From: an uncultured Methanospirillum sp.
GTDB lineage: Archaea; Halobacteriota; Methanomicrobia; Methanomicrobiales; Methanospirillaceae
Reading direction: 5' to 3'
Assembly (NCBI GenBank): GCA_964637135.1
Contig: CAZWTX010000021.1
Coordinates: 1-44,753, forward strand
Length of the DNA: 44,753 bases
Of the stretch, positions 18,520 to 28,765 are shown one piece after another. The position numbers were made by a program, and so were the translations under genes. The first letter of the stretch is position 1. Every line of letters begins with the position of its first letter. The notes beneath the pieces are model-generated. The model searched no databases and had not been told where the DNA came from. It saw only the letters and a list, made by a program, of their open reading frames with translations.

Positions 18520-19437
18520 GTGTCTCAGGATCGTCTGCTCCAGAATGTCATCAGCGTGATGATAATGGCCGGGTACCAGGTCTCAGAACTCTTTGCCATG
18601 CGACCGAAGAGTTTTGACATCATGGCAGCAAATGCAGAGCGGATAGTAGTCCTGAAGGTCATTTCCCATATCGACAGCATCAGCGAGGAGAACGCATGCG
18701 ACCTCGACAATATTGCCCGCCATCTGAATGCTTCGCCCCTGATCGTCGGTGAGCGGGCGAGAGATGCCGAACTTGAACGGGGAGCCGTATACATCAGGTA
18801 TGGCATCAGCGCTATCAGTTACCCGACACTCCATGATTATTTTGTCGAGGACTCACCCCCCCTCATCTACGCATCACCGGGCGGCCTGTATGTGAACATC
18901 AGCGGGAGCCGGCTTCGGGAACTGAGGGAAGAACGGGATCTCTCCCTCGGTGATCTCGGTCAGATCCTGGGGGTTTCCCGGCGGACCGTTGCAAAGTATG
19001 AATCAGGCATGGGTACGACAATCGATATTGCCATCAGGATCGAAGAGACCTTTGACAACGGGGTGGTTGAGCCTATTGACCTGCTCTGTTACGAATCCCA
19101 TTTTTCAGAGGATACCCGGGCGGATCGCGGATCGGAAAGGATGCCGATCCAGTCGGTCATGGAAGAGATCGGTATGGAAGTCCTCCCCCTTATGCGGGCA
19201 CCCTTCCAAGCCCTGATCAGGTATGAACAGCATACCATCCTGACAGGATACGGCACAAATCAGAAATTATCCAAGCGGGCAGGGGTGATCGGCAACATCT
19301 CGCAGATCACCAACACGCTTGCTCTCTGTGTGATGACCGACAACAAACAGCAGCGAAAAATCGGGCGCACACTGATGATAGGAGAGGAATCGCTGCTTGA
19401 TCTGGAAGAACCGGATGACCTCCTGAACCTGCTCTAA
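18520..19437 (+). CDS. Archaeal HTH (cro/C1-type) transcriptional regulator, COG1395-like
   Basis: 'RPKSFDI', 'LERGAVY.RYG', 'PLIYASPGGLYV', HTH 'LSLGDLGQILGVSRRTVAKYE'; lies between tiaS and thermosome. Confidence 0.88.
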   Translation: MSQDRLLQNVISVMIMAGYQVSELFAMRPKSFDIMAANAERIVVLKVISHIDSISEENACDLDNIARHLNASPLIVGERARDAELERGAVYIRYGISAISYPTLHDYFVEDSPPLIYASPGGLYVNISGSRLRELREERDLSLGDLGQILGVSRRTVAKYESGMGTTIDIAIRIEETFDNGVVEPIDLLCYESHFSEDTRADRGSERMPIQSVMEEIGMEVLPLMRAPFQALIRYEQHTILTGYGTNQKLSKRAGVIGNISQITNTLALCVMTDNKQQRKIGRTLMIGEESLLDLEEPDDLLNLL

Positions 19438-19447
19438 ACAGGAATTG

Positions 19448-19488
19448 TTATATAGAACCACAAATCAACCTTGTTCTACACGTGGTGA
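19448..19488 (+). promoter_or_regulatory. Thermosome promoter (TTATATA), TAGAAC-N14-GTTCTA inverted repeat and GGTGA RBS
   Basis: TTATATA 19448-19454; TAGAAC 19453-19458 and GTTCTA 19473-19478; GGTGA 19484-19488. Confidence 0.5.
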
Positions 19489-19494
19489 TACCGC

Positions 19495-21144
19495 ATGGCT
19501 ACACAACTTGGAGGACAGCCAATTCTAATTCTGAAAGAAGGTAGTTCACGCACCCGTGGGCGCGATGCCCAGGGCATGAACATTGCCGCTGCAAAGGCGG
19601 TTGCCAATGCCGTAAGGACCACTCTCGGACCGAAGGGTATGGACAAGATGCTTGTCGATACCATCGGGGATGTCGTCATCACCAACGATGGTGTGACCAT
19701 TCTGAAAGAGATGGACATCGAACACCCGGCAGCAAAGATGATGGTAGAAGTCGCCAAGACCCAGGATGACGAGGTCGGCGACGGTACCACCACAGCAGTG
19801 GTCATTGCCGGCGAACTGCTCAAGCGGTCCGAGGATCTCCTTGAGCAGGATGTCCACCCGACCGTGATTGCCCACGGATACCGGATGGCAGCCGAGAAGG
19901 CACAGGAACTGCTCAAGGCTATAGCAATCGATGTCAAGGCGAAGGATGAGAAGCTTCTCAAGAAGATCGCAGAGACCGCCATAACCGGAAAGGGTGCAGA
20001 GGCCGCGAAGGATAAACTCTGTGACCTGATCGTCAAGGCCGTCTCCATGGTCGCAGAGAGCGACGGTACCGTTGACACCGAGAACATCAAGGTTGAGAAG
20101 AAGGTCGGCGGTTCCAGTGAAGACTCCGAGATTATTCTCGGCATGGTCATCGACAAGGAACGGGTCCACCCGGGCATGCCTGAGGCTATCAAGAACGCCA
20201 AGATCATGCTCCTCAACGCAGCAGTCGAGTTCAAGAAGACCGAAGTCGATGCCGAGATCAATATCACGAGCCCTGACCAGCTCCAGGCCTTCCTTGACGA
20301 GGAAGAGCGGATGATCAAGACCATCGTCGACAAGATCCTCAAGACCGGTGCAAACGTTCTCTTCTGTCAGAAGGGTATCGATGACATCGCCCAGCACTAC
20401 CTTGCCAAGGCCGGTGTCATGGCGGTGCGCCGTGTCAAGAAGTCAGACATGGAGAAACTTGCCCGTGCAACCGGTGCATCTGTTGTCTCCAGCATCGACG
20501 CTATCGCCGACACCGAACTCGGTCATGCAGGCAAGGTCGAAGAACGGAAGATCTCAGGCGAAGAGATGATCTTTGTCGAGGAATGTAAGAACCCGAAGGC
20601 CGTCTCCATCATCATCCGTGGTGGAACCGAGCATGTGGTTGCAGAACTCGACCGTGCCTTTGAAGATGCCATCCGCGTCGTTGGCGTTGTCATCGAAGAC
20701 AAGAAATGCGTAGCCGGTGGTGGAGCCCCGGAGACCGAGCTCTCCCTTCGACTCCGTGAGTATGCTGCATCCGTCGGTGGCCGTGCCCAGCTTGCCATCG
20801 AGGCATTTGCCGTAGCACTCGAGATCATCCCGCGGACTCTCGCGGAGAACGCCGGTCTTGATCCGATAGACATGCTCGTTGAACTGCGGGCAGCACACGA
20901 GAAGGGACAGAAGACCGTTGGTCTGAATGTCTTCGATGCAAAAGCTGCAGACATGTTCAAGGAAGGCGTTGTTGAACCCCTCCGGGTTAAGACCCAGGCA
21001 ATCGCCAGTGCAGCAGAAGCAGCCATCATGATCCTCAGGATCGACGATATCATCGCTTCTGCAAAATCAGCCGCACCAGAAATGCCCCCGGGAGGCATGG
21101 GCGGTATGGGTGGAATGGGCGATATGGGCGGCATGGGGATGTAA
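19495..21144 (+). CDS. thsA: Thermosome (group II chaperonin) subunit
   Basis: '[10 protein letters not shown]', 'TNDGVTIL', 'GDGTTT', 'GGGAPE', GGM-repeat tail. Confidence 0.97.
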   Translation: MATQLGGQPILILKEGSSRTRGRDAQGMNIAAAKAVANAVRTTLGPKGMDKMLVDTIGDVVITNDGVTILKEMDIEHPAAKMMVEVAKTQDDEVGDGTTTAVVIAGELLKRSEDLLEQDVHPTVIAHGYRMAAEKAQELLKAIAIDVKAKDEKLLKKIAETAITGKGAEAAKDKLCDLIVKAVSMVAESDGTVDTENIKVEKKVGGSSEDSEIILGMVIDKERVHPGMPEAIKNAKIMLLNAAVEFKKTEVDAEINITSPDQLQAFLDEEERMIKTIVDKILKTGANVLFCQKGIDDIAQHYLAKAGVMAVRRVKKSDMEKLARATGASVVSSIDAIADTELGHAGKVEERKISGEEMIFVEECKNPKAVSIIIRGGTEHVVAELDRAFEDAIRVVGVVIEDKKCVAGGGAPETELSLRLREYAASVGGRAQLAIEAFAVALEIIPRTLAENAGLDPIDMLVELRAAHEKGQKTVGLNVFDAKAADMFKEGVVEPLRVKTQAIASAAEAAIMILRIDDIIASAKSAAPEMPPGGMGGMGGMGDMGGMGM

Positions 21145-21188
21145 TTCCCCTCTCCCAGAACACCTTTTTAAAAAAACGAAAACCCCGG

Positions 21189-21701
21189 TTATTCCGGGAC
21201 GTGAGCCTGGATCTCGATGGTTTCCATCAGGATCTTTCTCACGTCTACCCAGATAACAAGTCTCTTCTCCGACTCCACAGTCATTTCATCAGCAGTTTCA
21301 CTTACCGGTCCTTCATCAGAAGAGAGTTTGATGATACCCTGGACATATTGCGAGAGATCACTGTCCATTCCCTTGATATTCGTATCTATGGCATCCTCCT
21401 CGACGGTAAGGACACTGTGAACTTCATCCACGATGATCCCAACGCTCGTGTTATCGAAGACATCAGGGATGAGGACCATGATCTTCTGTTCCTCACGCTC
21501 AACTGAGGGAGTGATCCCGAGGAGATGGTGAATATTGATGATCGTGGTGATCTCCCCTCGGAGGTTGAGCAGTCCACTCACGTGGGCCGGTGCTCTCGGA
21601 ATGGGTGTAATTGGGAGCATTTCAACGATTTCGCGGGCAATCTGTATATCCATCGCATATGATTCTCCGCCCAGATCAAACTCGAGAATATCGACTGCCA
21701 T
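21189..21701 (-). CDS. cheW: Chemotaxis coupling protein CheW
   Basis: 'ITPIPRAPAHVSGLLNLRGEITTII', 'VGIIVDEVHSV'. Confidence 0.92.
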   Translation of the reverse strand: MAVDILEFDLGGESYAMDIQIAREIVEMLPITPIPRAPAHVSGLLNLRGEITTIINIHHLLGITPSVEREEQKIMVLIPDVFDNTSVGIIVDEVHSVLTVEEDAIDTNIKGMDSDLSQYVQGIIKLSSDEGPVSETADEMTVESEKRLVIWVDVRKILMETIEIQAHVPE

Positions 21702-22283
21702 AATCCTATCAGAGTATTGTTCCTATAAATTAGAACTTTTGCTCTCTGATGAAGTACGTTAAGAATAAGAAATAATCAGGGAATGTGGGAAAGCAGGAGA
21801 ATAACACCTGCCTGTGTGTGTTCAAAAACCCCCCGGATATCTCATGCCTGATATGTCCACACGTTTCCCTGACACTAATCCAGTTCTTCAGAGGAATATT
21901 TAAACCTACCCAAATGAATTCACCATTCAAGCCTGAAAAACATCTGAAACCAAAATATAGAGGAGGGAAAAACCCATAACCCGTTCTGCTTTCTAAATTT
22001 TAATGGATTTTTAATTCTTTCTTCCACACAAATAGATTTGAATAAAAAAATAGAACTTAAATTATAAATTTGACCATATTCCTTGAGAAAAATATTCTCA
22101 ATCACGTTGAGGTTCTCATACCGGTCCTTTTTCGCGCAGATATGAAGAATTGTTTTCCGGGTGATCCGGGAACCTGCCGCACCATCAACACCGGGTGAAG
22201 TGCGATAAGGAATCCTTTTGAGGTACGATGAAGAAGGTTGTATGACCAGCGAGATATCCAACTGGAACCGGGTTTGGGATACA

Positions 22284-24581
22284 ATGACAGGAATTCCTTT
22301 AAAAGTCCTATTTATCGAAGATAACGAGGATCATGCCTTTTTGGTCATCCACGAGCTGAAGAAGGGAGGGTATGAACCTGATCTCCTCAGGACCGATACC
22401 CTTGCCAGCGTAAAATCTGCCCTCGATTCCGGGGAGTGGGATGTTATTCTCTGTGACTATGCTCTTCCCGGGTTTACCGGAGTGGATGTTCTCAGAGAAT
22501 ATAATGATCGAAACCTCGATATCCCTTTTATCATTATCTCCGGGGAGATCGGAGAAGATACTGCGGTTACCCTTATGAAGAGCGGAGCGCATGATTACGT
22601 CTTCAAAGGAAATCTCAAACCCCTCACCCCGGTCATAAAACGAGAGATCGGAGATGCAAATAACCGTAAGGAGCGTCGTGAACTGGATCGGCTCAGGGAG
22701 GCAGAATCCATAAAATACCGGGTAATGATCGATGCTGCCTTCGATGCCATTGCACTCATTGATAAGGGCCAGATCATCGAGTGTAACTCGATGACAAAGG
22801 ATATCTTCGGTATCCCATCAGATGAGAAGATCCTCGGGACAAACCTGATCGAGCGGGCTCCCCCGGTCCAGCCGGACGGAATGGCTTCCCAAACATTCCT
22901 CGAACGAAAATACCAGGCTGCCGCCATGGGAACTCCCCAGGATTTTGAATGCCAGCTTCTCCGGCATGGCGGGGAAATATTTGATGCAGAGATCACCCTC
23001 AAACAAATCCTCCTTCCCGATATAAAACCGGTCCAGATGACCATCCGTGATATCACCGACCGGAAGCGGGTTGAACGGGAGATGAAAGGGCAGATGGAGA
23101 AGATCATGGAACTTCAGCAACAGGAGATGACCATGATCAACCAGAACCCGCTCCCGCTGCTTCTCATGGATCTGGAGATGCGGATACTCAAGGTGAATGA
23201 GTCCTTCCTCACGATGAGCGGGTACCGGGAACAGCAACTGCTCTCCATGCGGGCCCATGACTTCAAGGTTCTCGAAAAGAAAGGGCATGGTCTCAAGGAT
23301 GCTCTCCGCACGAAAAAAGCGGTCTCCGGCGATCTCAAAGTAGAGTTCCCTGCCGGAATTCACTACATTGAGCAGGATATCATCCCTCTTCTTGACAACA
23401 AGGAGAATGTTGTCAGCATCATGTCCACTTACAAGGACCGGACAGAAGAGATCAGGAAAGAGCAGGAGATCCAGCGGATGATAACCGAGGCAGAAGAGCA
23501 TGCGGGTGCCCTGAGCAGGAGTGCGGATGATCTCGGGACTGCTCTTGCCAGTGTTGCCAGGGGTGATATGACCGTTGAGGTGAGCATCCAGGAAAATGAT
23601 CCCCTCAAGGCAGTGAAAGAGAACGCCTCTTCAACGATAAAAGCCCTTCGTGCTACCCTAGTCGAAGTGAACCATGTCTCCGGGAATGTTTCAGATAATA
23701 TGCGGGAGATCAACAACGGTTCAACCGAGATCTCAAATGCCCTCCAGAAAATATCCGGGACAACACGGCAGTCCACCGAGAATGGAAGGGATCTTCTCGC
23801 CCACATGGGAGAAATAACCGATCAGATCTCCACCCTTTCAGCATCCAACGAGGAGATCACCAGCACTTCACAGGAGATTCTCAGGCATGCACGTGACGTG
23901 GCCGTGCGGGGAGCCGAGGCACAAAAACTCGGAAACGAGACGAATGACCGGATGATGCTGGTAACCAAAATCGCCCAGGAAAGTGTCGAGGATATCGACG
24001 AACTGAATCACCAGATCCATGAGATCACCAAGATTGTCAAGATGATCAATGACATCGCCGGCCAGATCAACCTCCTCGCGCTCAATGCCGCAATCGAGGC
24101 GGCACGGGCCGGGGATGCCGGAAGAGGGTTTGCCGTGGTAGCCGGGGAAGTTAAGAACCTCGCAGCCGATGCACGCCAGGCAACGGATCACATCGGTGAT
24201 GTCATCAACGCCATCCAGCGGAGCAGTGAGAAGACCTCATCAGCAATCAGATCCTCCCATGATGAGATTGCCCACGGGGTGGACAGTGTCGCAAAAACCA
24301 TTGAATCACTCAATCTGATGGTCAGCGGGGCATCCGAAGTAACGAGGGATATGGACGAGATCGTCAAGGCGATAGAGGACCAGGCAAATATTGCAACTTC
24401 CGTGGTAAACACTGCCCAGGAAGGAATCCGCCTGACCACCGACAATCTCGAACAGATAGAAAGCCTCTACTCGCTCGCCGAGGAAGTAACTGCCTCGGTC
24501 GAGGAGATTAACAGTGCCATCATCGAAGTGGATACCCTCTCATCTGAACTGAATGAACAGATGAGTAAATTCAGGGTATAA
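22284..24581 (+). CDS. Soluble methyl-accepting chemotaxis protein with N-terminal receiver domain and two PAS domains
   Basis: REC 'LFIED...ILCDY..PG...IISG...YVFKG'; PAS ends 'IRDITDRK' and 'YKDRTEE'; MCP tip '[37 protein letters not shown]'; no TM segment; ATG 22284 chosen. Confidence 0.92.
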   Translation: MTGIPLKVLFIEDNEDHAFLVIHELKKGGYEPDLLRTDTLASVKSALDSGEWDVILCDYALPGFTGVDVLREYNDRNLDIPFIIISGEIGEDTAVTLMKSGAHDYVFKGNLKPLTPVIKREIGDANNRKERRELDRLREAESIKYRVMIDAAFDAIALIDKGQIIECNSMTKDIFGIPSDEKILGTNLIERAPPVQPDGMASQTFLERKYQAAAMGTPQDFECQLLRHGGEIFDAEITLKQILLPDIKPVQMTIRDITDRKRVEREMKGQMEKIMELQQQEMTMINQNPLPLLLMDLEMRILKVNESFLTMSGYREQQLLSMRAHDFKVLEKKGHGLKDALRTKKAVSGDLKVEFPAGIHYIEQDIIPLLDNKENVVSIMSTYKDRTEEIRKEQEIQRMITEAEEHAGALSRSADDLGTALASVARGDMTVEVSIQENDPLKAVKENASSTIKALRATLVEVNHVSGNVSDNMREINNGSTEISNALQKISGTTRQSTENGRDLLAHMGEITDQISTLSASNEEITSTSQEILRHARDVAVRGAEAQKLGNETNDRMMLVTKIAQESVEDIDELNHQIHEITKIVKMINDIAGQINLLALNAAIEAARAGDAGRGFAVVAGEVKNLAADARQATDHIGDVINAIQRSSEKTSSAIRSSHDEIAHGVDSVAKTIESLNLMVSGASEVTRDMDEIVKAIEDQANIATSVVNTAQEGIRLTTDNLEQIESLYSLAEEVTASVEEINSAIIEVDTLSSELNEQMSKFRV

Positions 24582-25042
24582 ACTTCCCGAAAAAAACATG
24601 GATCCCGGATACACCGGCCATGTTCGGTTATCATGACACGATTCTGTGCCTGAGGTGATACCGGATAGTAACAACCCGGTATTAGATCATATTTTTCGGT
24701 TTTTTACCATATGTCCGGGTTTCTACTTTGCTCTGTTGAAAAAGCCATGAACTTTTCGTATTTCACCAGGATACCAGAATATCAAAAAGATTCATTCATC
24801 ACCGAGTTATCAGCAGAGTCTCCATAGATAATAAAGACCTCATAAATCAACGATGAAGAAAATTCTCGGAAATGGAGATCGGTCAGCCCGGGTTTTCCTT
24901 CTCATAATGAAATGATGCCAGATAGAATGAGGGAAATAACTCCGGAGATGAGATCTGACTGATGATATCAGTACAACCGTGATAAAAAATGGATGGGTCA
25001 ATACCGCCCCGTTACCAAACCGGACGGTAATTCGCGGATTAA

Positions 25043-25708
25043 TTAAACTGCTTCACCCATCTCCATCGCATATTTTTGCATTTTTAAAACATCGGCCTCA
25101 TCTGGACTCAATTGAAGTGATTGGTTGATCGCGACAAGAGCTGCATCGAATTGATTCAGTTTCATCAAAATTGACCCTTTCGTGCTCCATGCATAGGAAT
25201 TATCTGGATTCAGTTCAATAGACTGATTCACTACGGACAGTGCTTCATCGAGGTTTCCTGCAATCTGCAAATCATACGCGTTATTATTCAACTCATCACT
25301 CAGGGTACTGTTTTTGTCATCTGTTGAATCAGCACCGCCATCAGAGGGATCCTTGATTGATCCTGCTTTCTCCATTGCCGTTTTTTGAAATTTTAAAAGA
25401 ACCTCATCACCTGGACTCAATTGAAGTGCTTGATTAAATGCAACAAGAGCTTCATCCGATTTATTTAGATGAAGCAATATCGATCCTTTCGTACCCCATG
25501 CACGGATATTATCTGGATTCAGTTCAATTGCCTGATTCACTACGGACAGTGCTTCATTGAGGTTTCCTGCAATCTGCAAATCATACGCTTTATTTTTCAA
25601 CTCATCACTCAGGGTAATATTTTTGTCTTCTGTTGAATCAGCGGAAACACCGGTTCCAAAAAAAACCATTATAAGGCAGCAAATGAGTATCAATAACCTG
25701 TTTTCCAT
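25043..25708 (-). CDS. Secreted TPR protein made of a tandem internal duplication
   Basis: Signal peptide; TPR pattern 'EAL..VNQAIELNPDN..AW..KG..L..L'; two units of about 100 aa. Confidence 0.85.
   Translation of the reverse strand: MENRLLILICCLIMVFFGTGVSADSTEDKNITLSDELKNKAYDLQIAGNLNEALSVVNQAIELNPDNIRAWGTKGSILLHLNKSDEALVAFNQALQLSPGDEVLLKFQKTAMEKAGSIKDPSDGGADSTDDKNSTLSDELNNNAYDLQIAGNLDEALSVVNQSIELNPDNSYAWSTKGSILMKLNQFDAALVAINQSLQLSPDEADVLKMQKYAMEMGEAV
25046..25642 (-). repeat. Intragenic direct repeat, period 309 bp
   Basis: CTGTTGAATCAGC at 25321 and 25630; shared runs such as 'GGTTTCCTGCAATCTGCAAATCATACGC' and 'TGATTCACTACGGACAGTGCTTCAT' in both copies. Confidence 0.9.
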
Positions 25709-25845
25709 ATCATTTGCTTAGTATTACATACATACATATAATTTTGTTGAAATATGAGGCCGGAGCGCTATTGAAATCGTAGAATAAAAACAAAATCAGA
25801 TCATTTACTGAATTAAATCAGGATAAGCGAAAATTGGAAAAAACA

Positions 25846-25872
25846 CGTCAGCCTGATAGTATCAGGCTCACG
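25846..25872. promoter_or_regulatory. Intergenic palindrome (candidate operator or hairpin)
   Basis: CGT-C-AGCCTGATA-G-TATCAGGCT-C-ACG. Confidence 0.45.
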
Positions 25873-25902
25873 GATACTTCATTACTCTGACCCATTATTT
25901 TT

Positions 25903-26835
25903 TTAAAAAAAATTCTGGGTTGCATAGTAATTTTCCCCGTCGAAAACCACCCCGATCCCGATCTTTTCATGTTCCGGGAGGAGGAGTGCTTCCTTGTGAG
26001 GTGGGCTGTTCATGAAGGACTCAACGGCTACCCGGGCAATCCGGTCAGGATCATCAGGATCGATCTCACCAAACTCGTAGATTGATGATCCGACGGGGAT
26101 CTTCACGATGTTCTCACCGATACCATAGAATTGTCTCCCGTCAGGGAGGGTTTTCAGCTGATCATACCCATGGCGTTCCGCCCGGTCCACGGGATCCTCT
26201 CCGTCAGGATTGGTATGGTCAAAGAACTGTCTCACGGCCATATCCTCACTGTTTTCCTGAGCGATTACGTCAAGATCCGGATCACGGGTGAATTCCGCAA
26301 GGTTCCGCAGCCGCCTCTCGTCATTGGAATAGGTGAAGATCAGATCTCCAATGGTTCTGGCATACCACTCTGCCGGCCTGATGTACTCCCCGGTGATGGT
26401 GATGGTGTTCCCGGTAATGGTATTGTTACCCTCACTCGAATCAGACTGGATGGTATGCTTCCCGCCAGGAAAGGCACCTGAATAGTAGGTTCCCGGGGGG
26501 ACCGATCCAGGTATCGTACATACCAGTCTGATAGGTACCGATTCACCCGGCCTGATAAAAGAGATCGGTGCAGATCCCATCTCATAATCGGATGATGTTA
26601 TCTCCTCGTCAGGTGAGAGAAAAAAATACAGGGTGTCGCTCAGGGAGATCATGTCGCCTTCGTTCGTCACAACCGCGGTTGTAAAGAGCGGGCCGCCCGG
26701 GGCACTCGCCGGGGCGGTATCAAGAGCAGATACCCTGAGATCGGCAGTCCGGTTCTCTGACATTGCCGGAGCGGTGATGACCATGAGGAAAAGAAGTACC
26801 CCAAAAATCCTTGAAAAGAATACTGAATACTGCAT
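25903..26835 (-). CDS. Secreted CARDB plus CAP (SCP-like) domain protein
   Basis: Signal peptide; Ig-like 'DLRVS...VTNEG...GTYY...EGNN'; CAP 'SEDMAVRQFFDHTNPDG', 'GENI', 'MNSPPH', 'IGIGV', 'YATQNF'. Confidence 0.85.
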   Translation of the reverse strand: MQYSVFFSRIFGVLLFLMVITAPAMSENRTADLRVSALDTAPASAPGGPLFTTAVVTNEGDMISLSDTLYFFLSPDEEITSSDYEMGSAPISFIRPGESVPIRLVCTIPGSVPPGTYYSGAFPGGKHTIQSDSSEGNNTITGNTITITGEYIRPAEWYARTIGDLIFTYSNDERRLRNLAEFTRDPDLDVIAQENSEDMAVRQFFDHTNPDGEDPVDRAERHGYDQLKTLPDGRQFYGIGENIVKIPVGSSIYEFGEIDPDDPDRIARVAVESFMNSPPHKEALLLPEHEKIGIGVVFDGENYYATQNFF

Positions 26836-26902
26836 CCTGATGACACCCGTTTTCGTACCTGAAACGTGAACGTGTGACCAATATCTACTTCGTGGTCGGC
26901 AA

Positions 26903-27364
26903 TCAGTACCTGAACCACTTCATCATCACTATCGCATCCTCGGTGTCTGAGTAGTATCCTCCGACCTGAAAAACCGGCTGGTAGCCCTGCTGGGCATAGA
27001 ACCGCTGGGCAGCCGTATTGGAGACACGCACCTCAAGCTGCATCGCCGTGGCACTCTGCAGCATCACGGCATACTCAGCGCGGTTCATGAGACCTTTTCC
27101 CACTCCAAAACCCCGTGCATTTTTCCCAACTGCAAGGCTGCAGATATGCCCGTATATCTCTTCCCCGGTGTCTTCCACCCCGCAGATGATGAAGCCAACC
27201 AGTTCGCCCTTCAGTTCGGCAGTGAAAACCGTTGCAGGAAAGAGCTCAAGGGCCTCGTACAACGTCTCCCGGCTCCATGGATCTGCGAAGGATTCATGCT
27301 CAATCTGCTCTATTGCAGGAATGTCAGCCATTTTCATCCGGCGTATCTGCAGGTCGTTCTCCAT
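26903..27364 (-). CDS. rimI: RimI/Ard1-type N-acetyltransferase
   Basis: 'IEQIEHESFADPWS', 'GHICSLAV...RGFGVG', 'LEVRVSN..AQRFY', 'YYSDTEDAIVM'. Confidence 0.9.
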   Translation of the reverse strand: MENDLQIRRMKMADIPAIEQIEHESFADPWSRETLYEALELFPATVFTAELKGELVGFIICGVEDTGEEIYGHICSLAVGKNARGFGVGKGLMNRAEYAVMLQSATAMQLEVRVSNTAAQRFYAQQGYQPVFQVGGYYSDTEDAIVMMKWFRY

Positions 27365-27438
27365 GGTGTATGTACAGATCTGGTAATCGTCCTAATATAG
27401 GGTCAGGGGAATACGTTTAAGCAGACTGGTGTCCGGGT

Positions 27439-28692
27439 ATGGTTCATATTTATCCATTTTCTGCAGTCAGGCCTGCAGAAGGAAAAGCACAGGATATCGC
27501 TGCCGTTCCGTACGACGTGGTAAATGCAGATGAGGCACGTGAGATTATTACTGCCCATCCGAAGAGTTTTCTGACCATCAGCCGGACTGATGCCCTGCTC
27601 GCCGATTGTGATCCCTATGATGACCGGGTATACCGCGAATCACGACGGATCTTTGACCAGTATATCGCCGACCGGCTCTTCATCCAGGATGAGCATCCCT
27701 GTCTGTATATCTACCGGGTCTCTCACGACGGTCATACCTACACGGGCCTTGCCTGTTGTGCAGACACCCGGGAATACGAGAGCGGTATCATCAGGCGTCA
27801 TGAACTGACCAGGTACGACAAGGAAGAGGACCGGACCCGGCACATCGATACAATAAATGCCAACACCGGCCCGGTGGTTCTTCTCCACAAAAAGGATACA
27901 CGGGTTGCCTCAATTATCCGGGAGATTGTCGGGCGGCAACAGCCTGATATGACCGTCACCGCGGCAAACGGCAGTATCCACACGATCTACACCATCAGCC
28001 AGCCTGAGCAGATATCGGCACTCAACACCGCATTCAGCAACATTCCGGCCCTCTACATTGCAGACGGCCATCACCGGTGTAAATCTGCGGTGAACGTCGT
28101 CAACCGCCGGAAGGAACAGGGAAAAGCGGTACCTGAAGAGACATACCATGTGCTCGGGGTGATATTCGCAGAAGACGAGGTGAAAGTCCATGGATACAGC
28201 CGGTTGCTGACGGCCACCGGGGAAAGCCCGGCGGCATTTCTTGATGCGATAAAAAAGATTGCAACCGTTACCCCATACGGGGACTGCGATCCAACGCTTT
28301 ACACCCTCCCGCCAAAACAGCAGACGAACGACCACCTCTTCCATCTCTACCTGGAAAAAACCTGGTATGAATGCAGGATACCCGCAGTGAAGGCCGCATC
28401 CCAGATTGACCGGCTTGATGTATCTGTTCTCCAGGAACAGGTACTGGTTCCGATCCTGAAGATCACCGATTCACGCGGCGACCAACGGCTTCAGTATCTC
28501 GGCGGAGCCAGGCCGGTCAGGGACCTGATGAAAAAAGTCGACTCCGGCGAATATGCTGTGGCAATCGCCATGCAGCCGGTAGATGTTCAGGATGTCTTCT
28601 CGATTGCCGATGAGGGAGGTATCATGCCCCCGAAGTCTACCTGGTTTGAACCAAAACTCCTGAGCGGACTGCTTGTCCACCGGCTCGGATAA
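27439..28692 (+). CDS. DUF1015 family protein
   Basis: 'PYDVVN', 'IRRHELTR..KEEDR', 'ANTGPV', 'YIADGHHR', 'MPPKSTWFEPKL.SGL'. Confidence 0.9.
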   Translation: MVHIYPFSAVRPAEGKAQDIAAVPYDVVNADEAREIITAHPKSFLTISRTDALLADCDPYDDRVYRESRRIFDQYIADRLFIQDEHPCLYIYRVSHDGHTYTGLACCADTREYESGIIRRHELTRYDKEEDRTRHIDTINANTGPVVLLHKKDTRVASIIREIVGRQQPDMTVTAANGSIHTIYTISQPEQISALNTAFSNIPALYIADGHHRCKSAVNVVNRRKEQGKAVPEETYHVLGVIFAEDEVKVHGYSRLLTATGESPAAFLDAIKKIATVTPYGDCDPTLYTLPPKQQTNDHLFHLYLEKTWYECRIPAVKAASQIDRLDVSVLQEQVLVPILKITDSRGDQRLQYLGGARPVRDLMKKVDSGEYAVAIAMQPVDVQDVFSIADEGGIMPPKSTWFEPKLLSGLLVHRLG

Positions 28693-28765
28693 TTTCTTTT
28701 TTGGATCCTGAGCCCGACGCTGTTCAGTCGGGACGGGCAGGAAAAAAAGGGAGAAATGAGGGTAT

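Noticed and set aside
21090..21141. GGCATGGGC-type repeats
   Set aside because: Ordinary GGM tail of chaperonins
21730..22284. Several 60-113 aa ORFs in the cheW/MCP intergenic region
   Set aside because: Mutually overlapping, no motifs or RBS; the region looks regulatory
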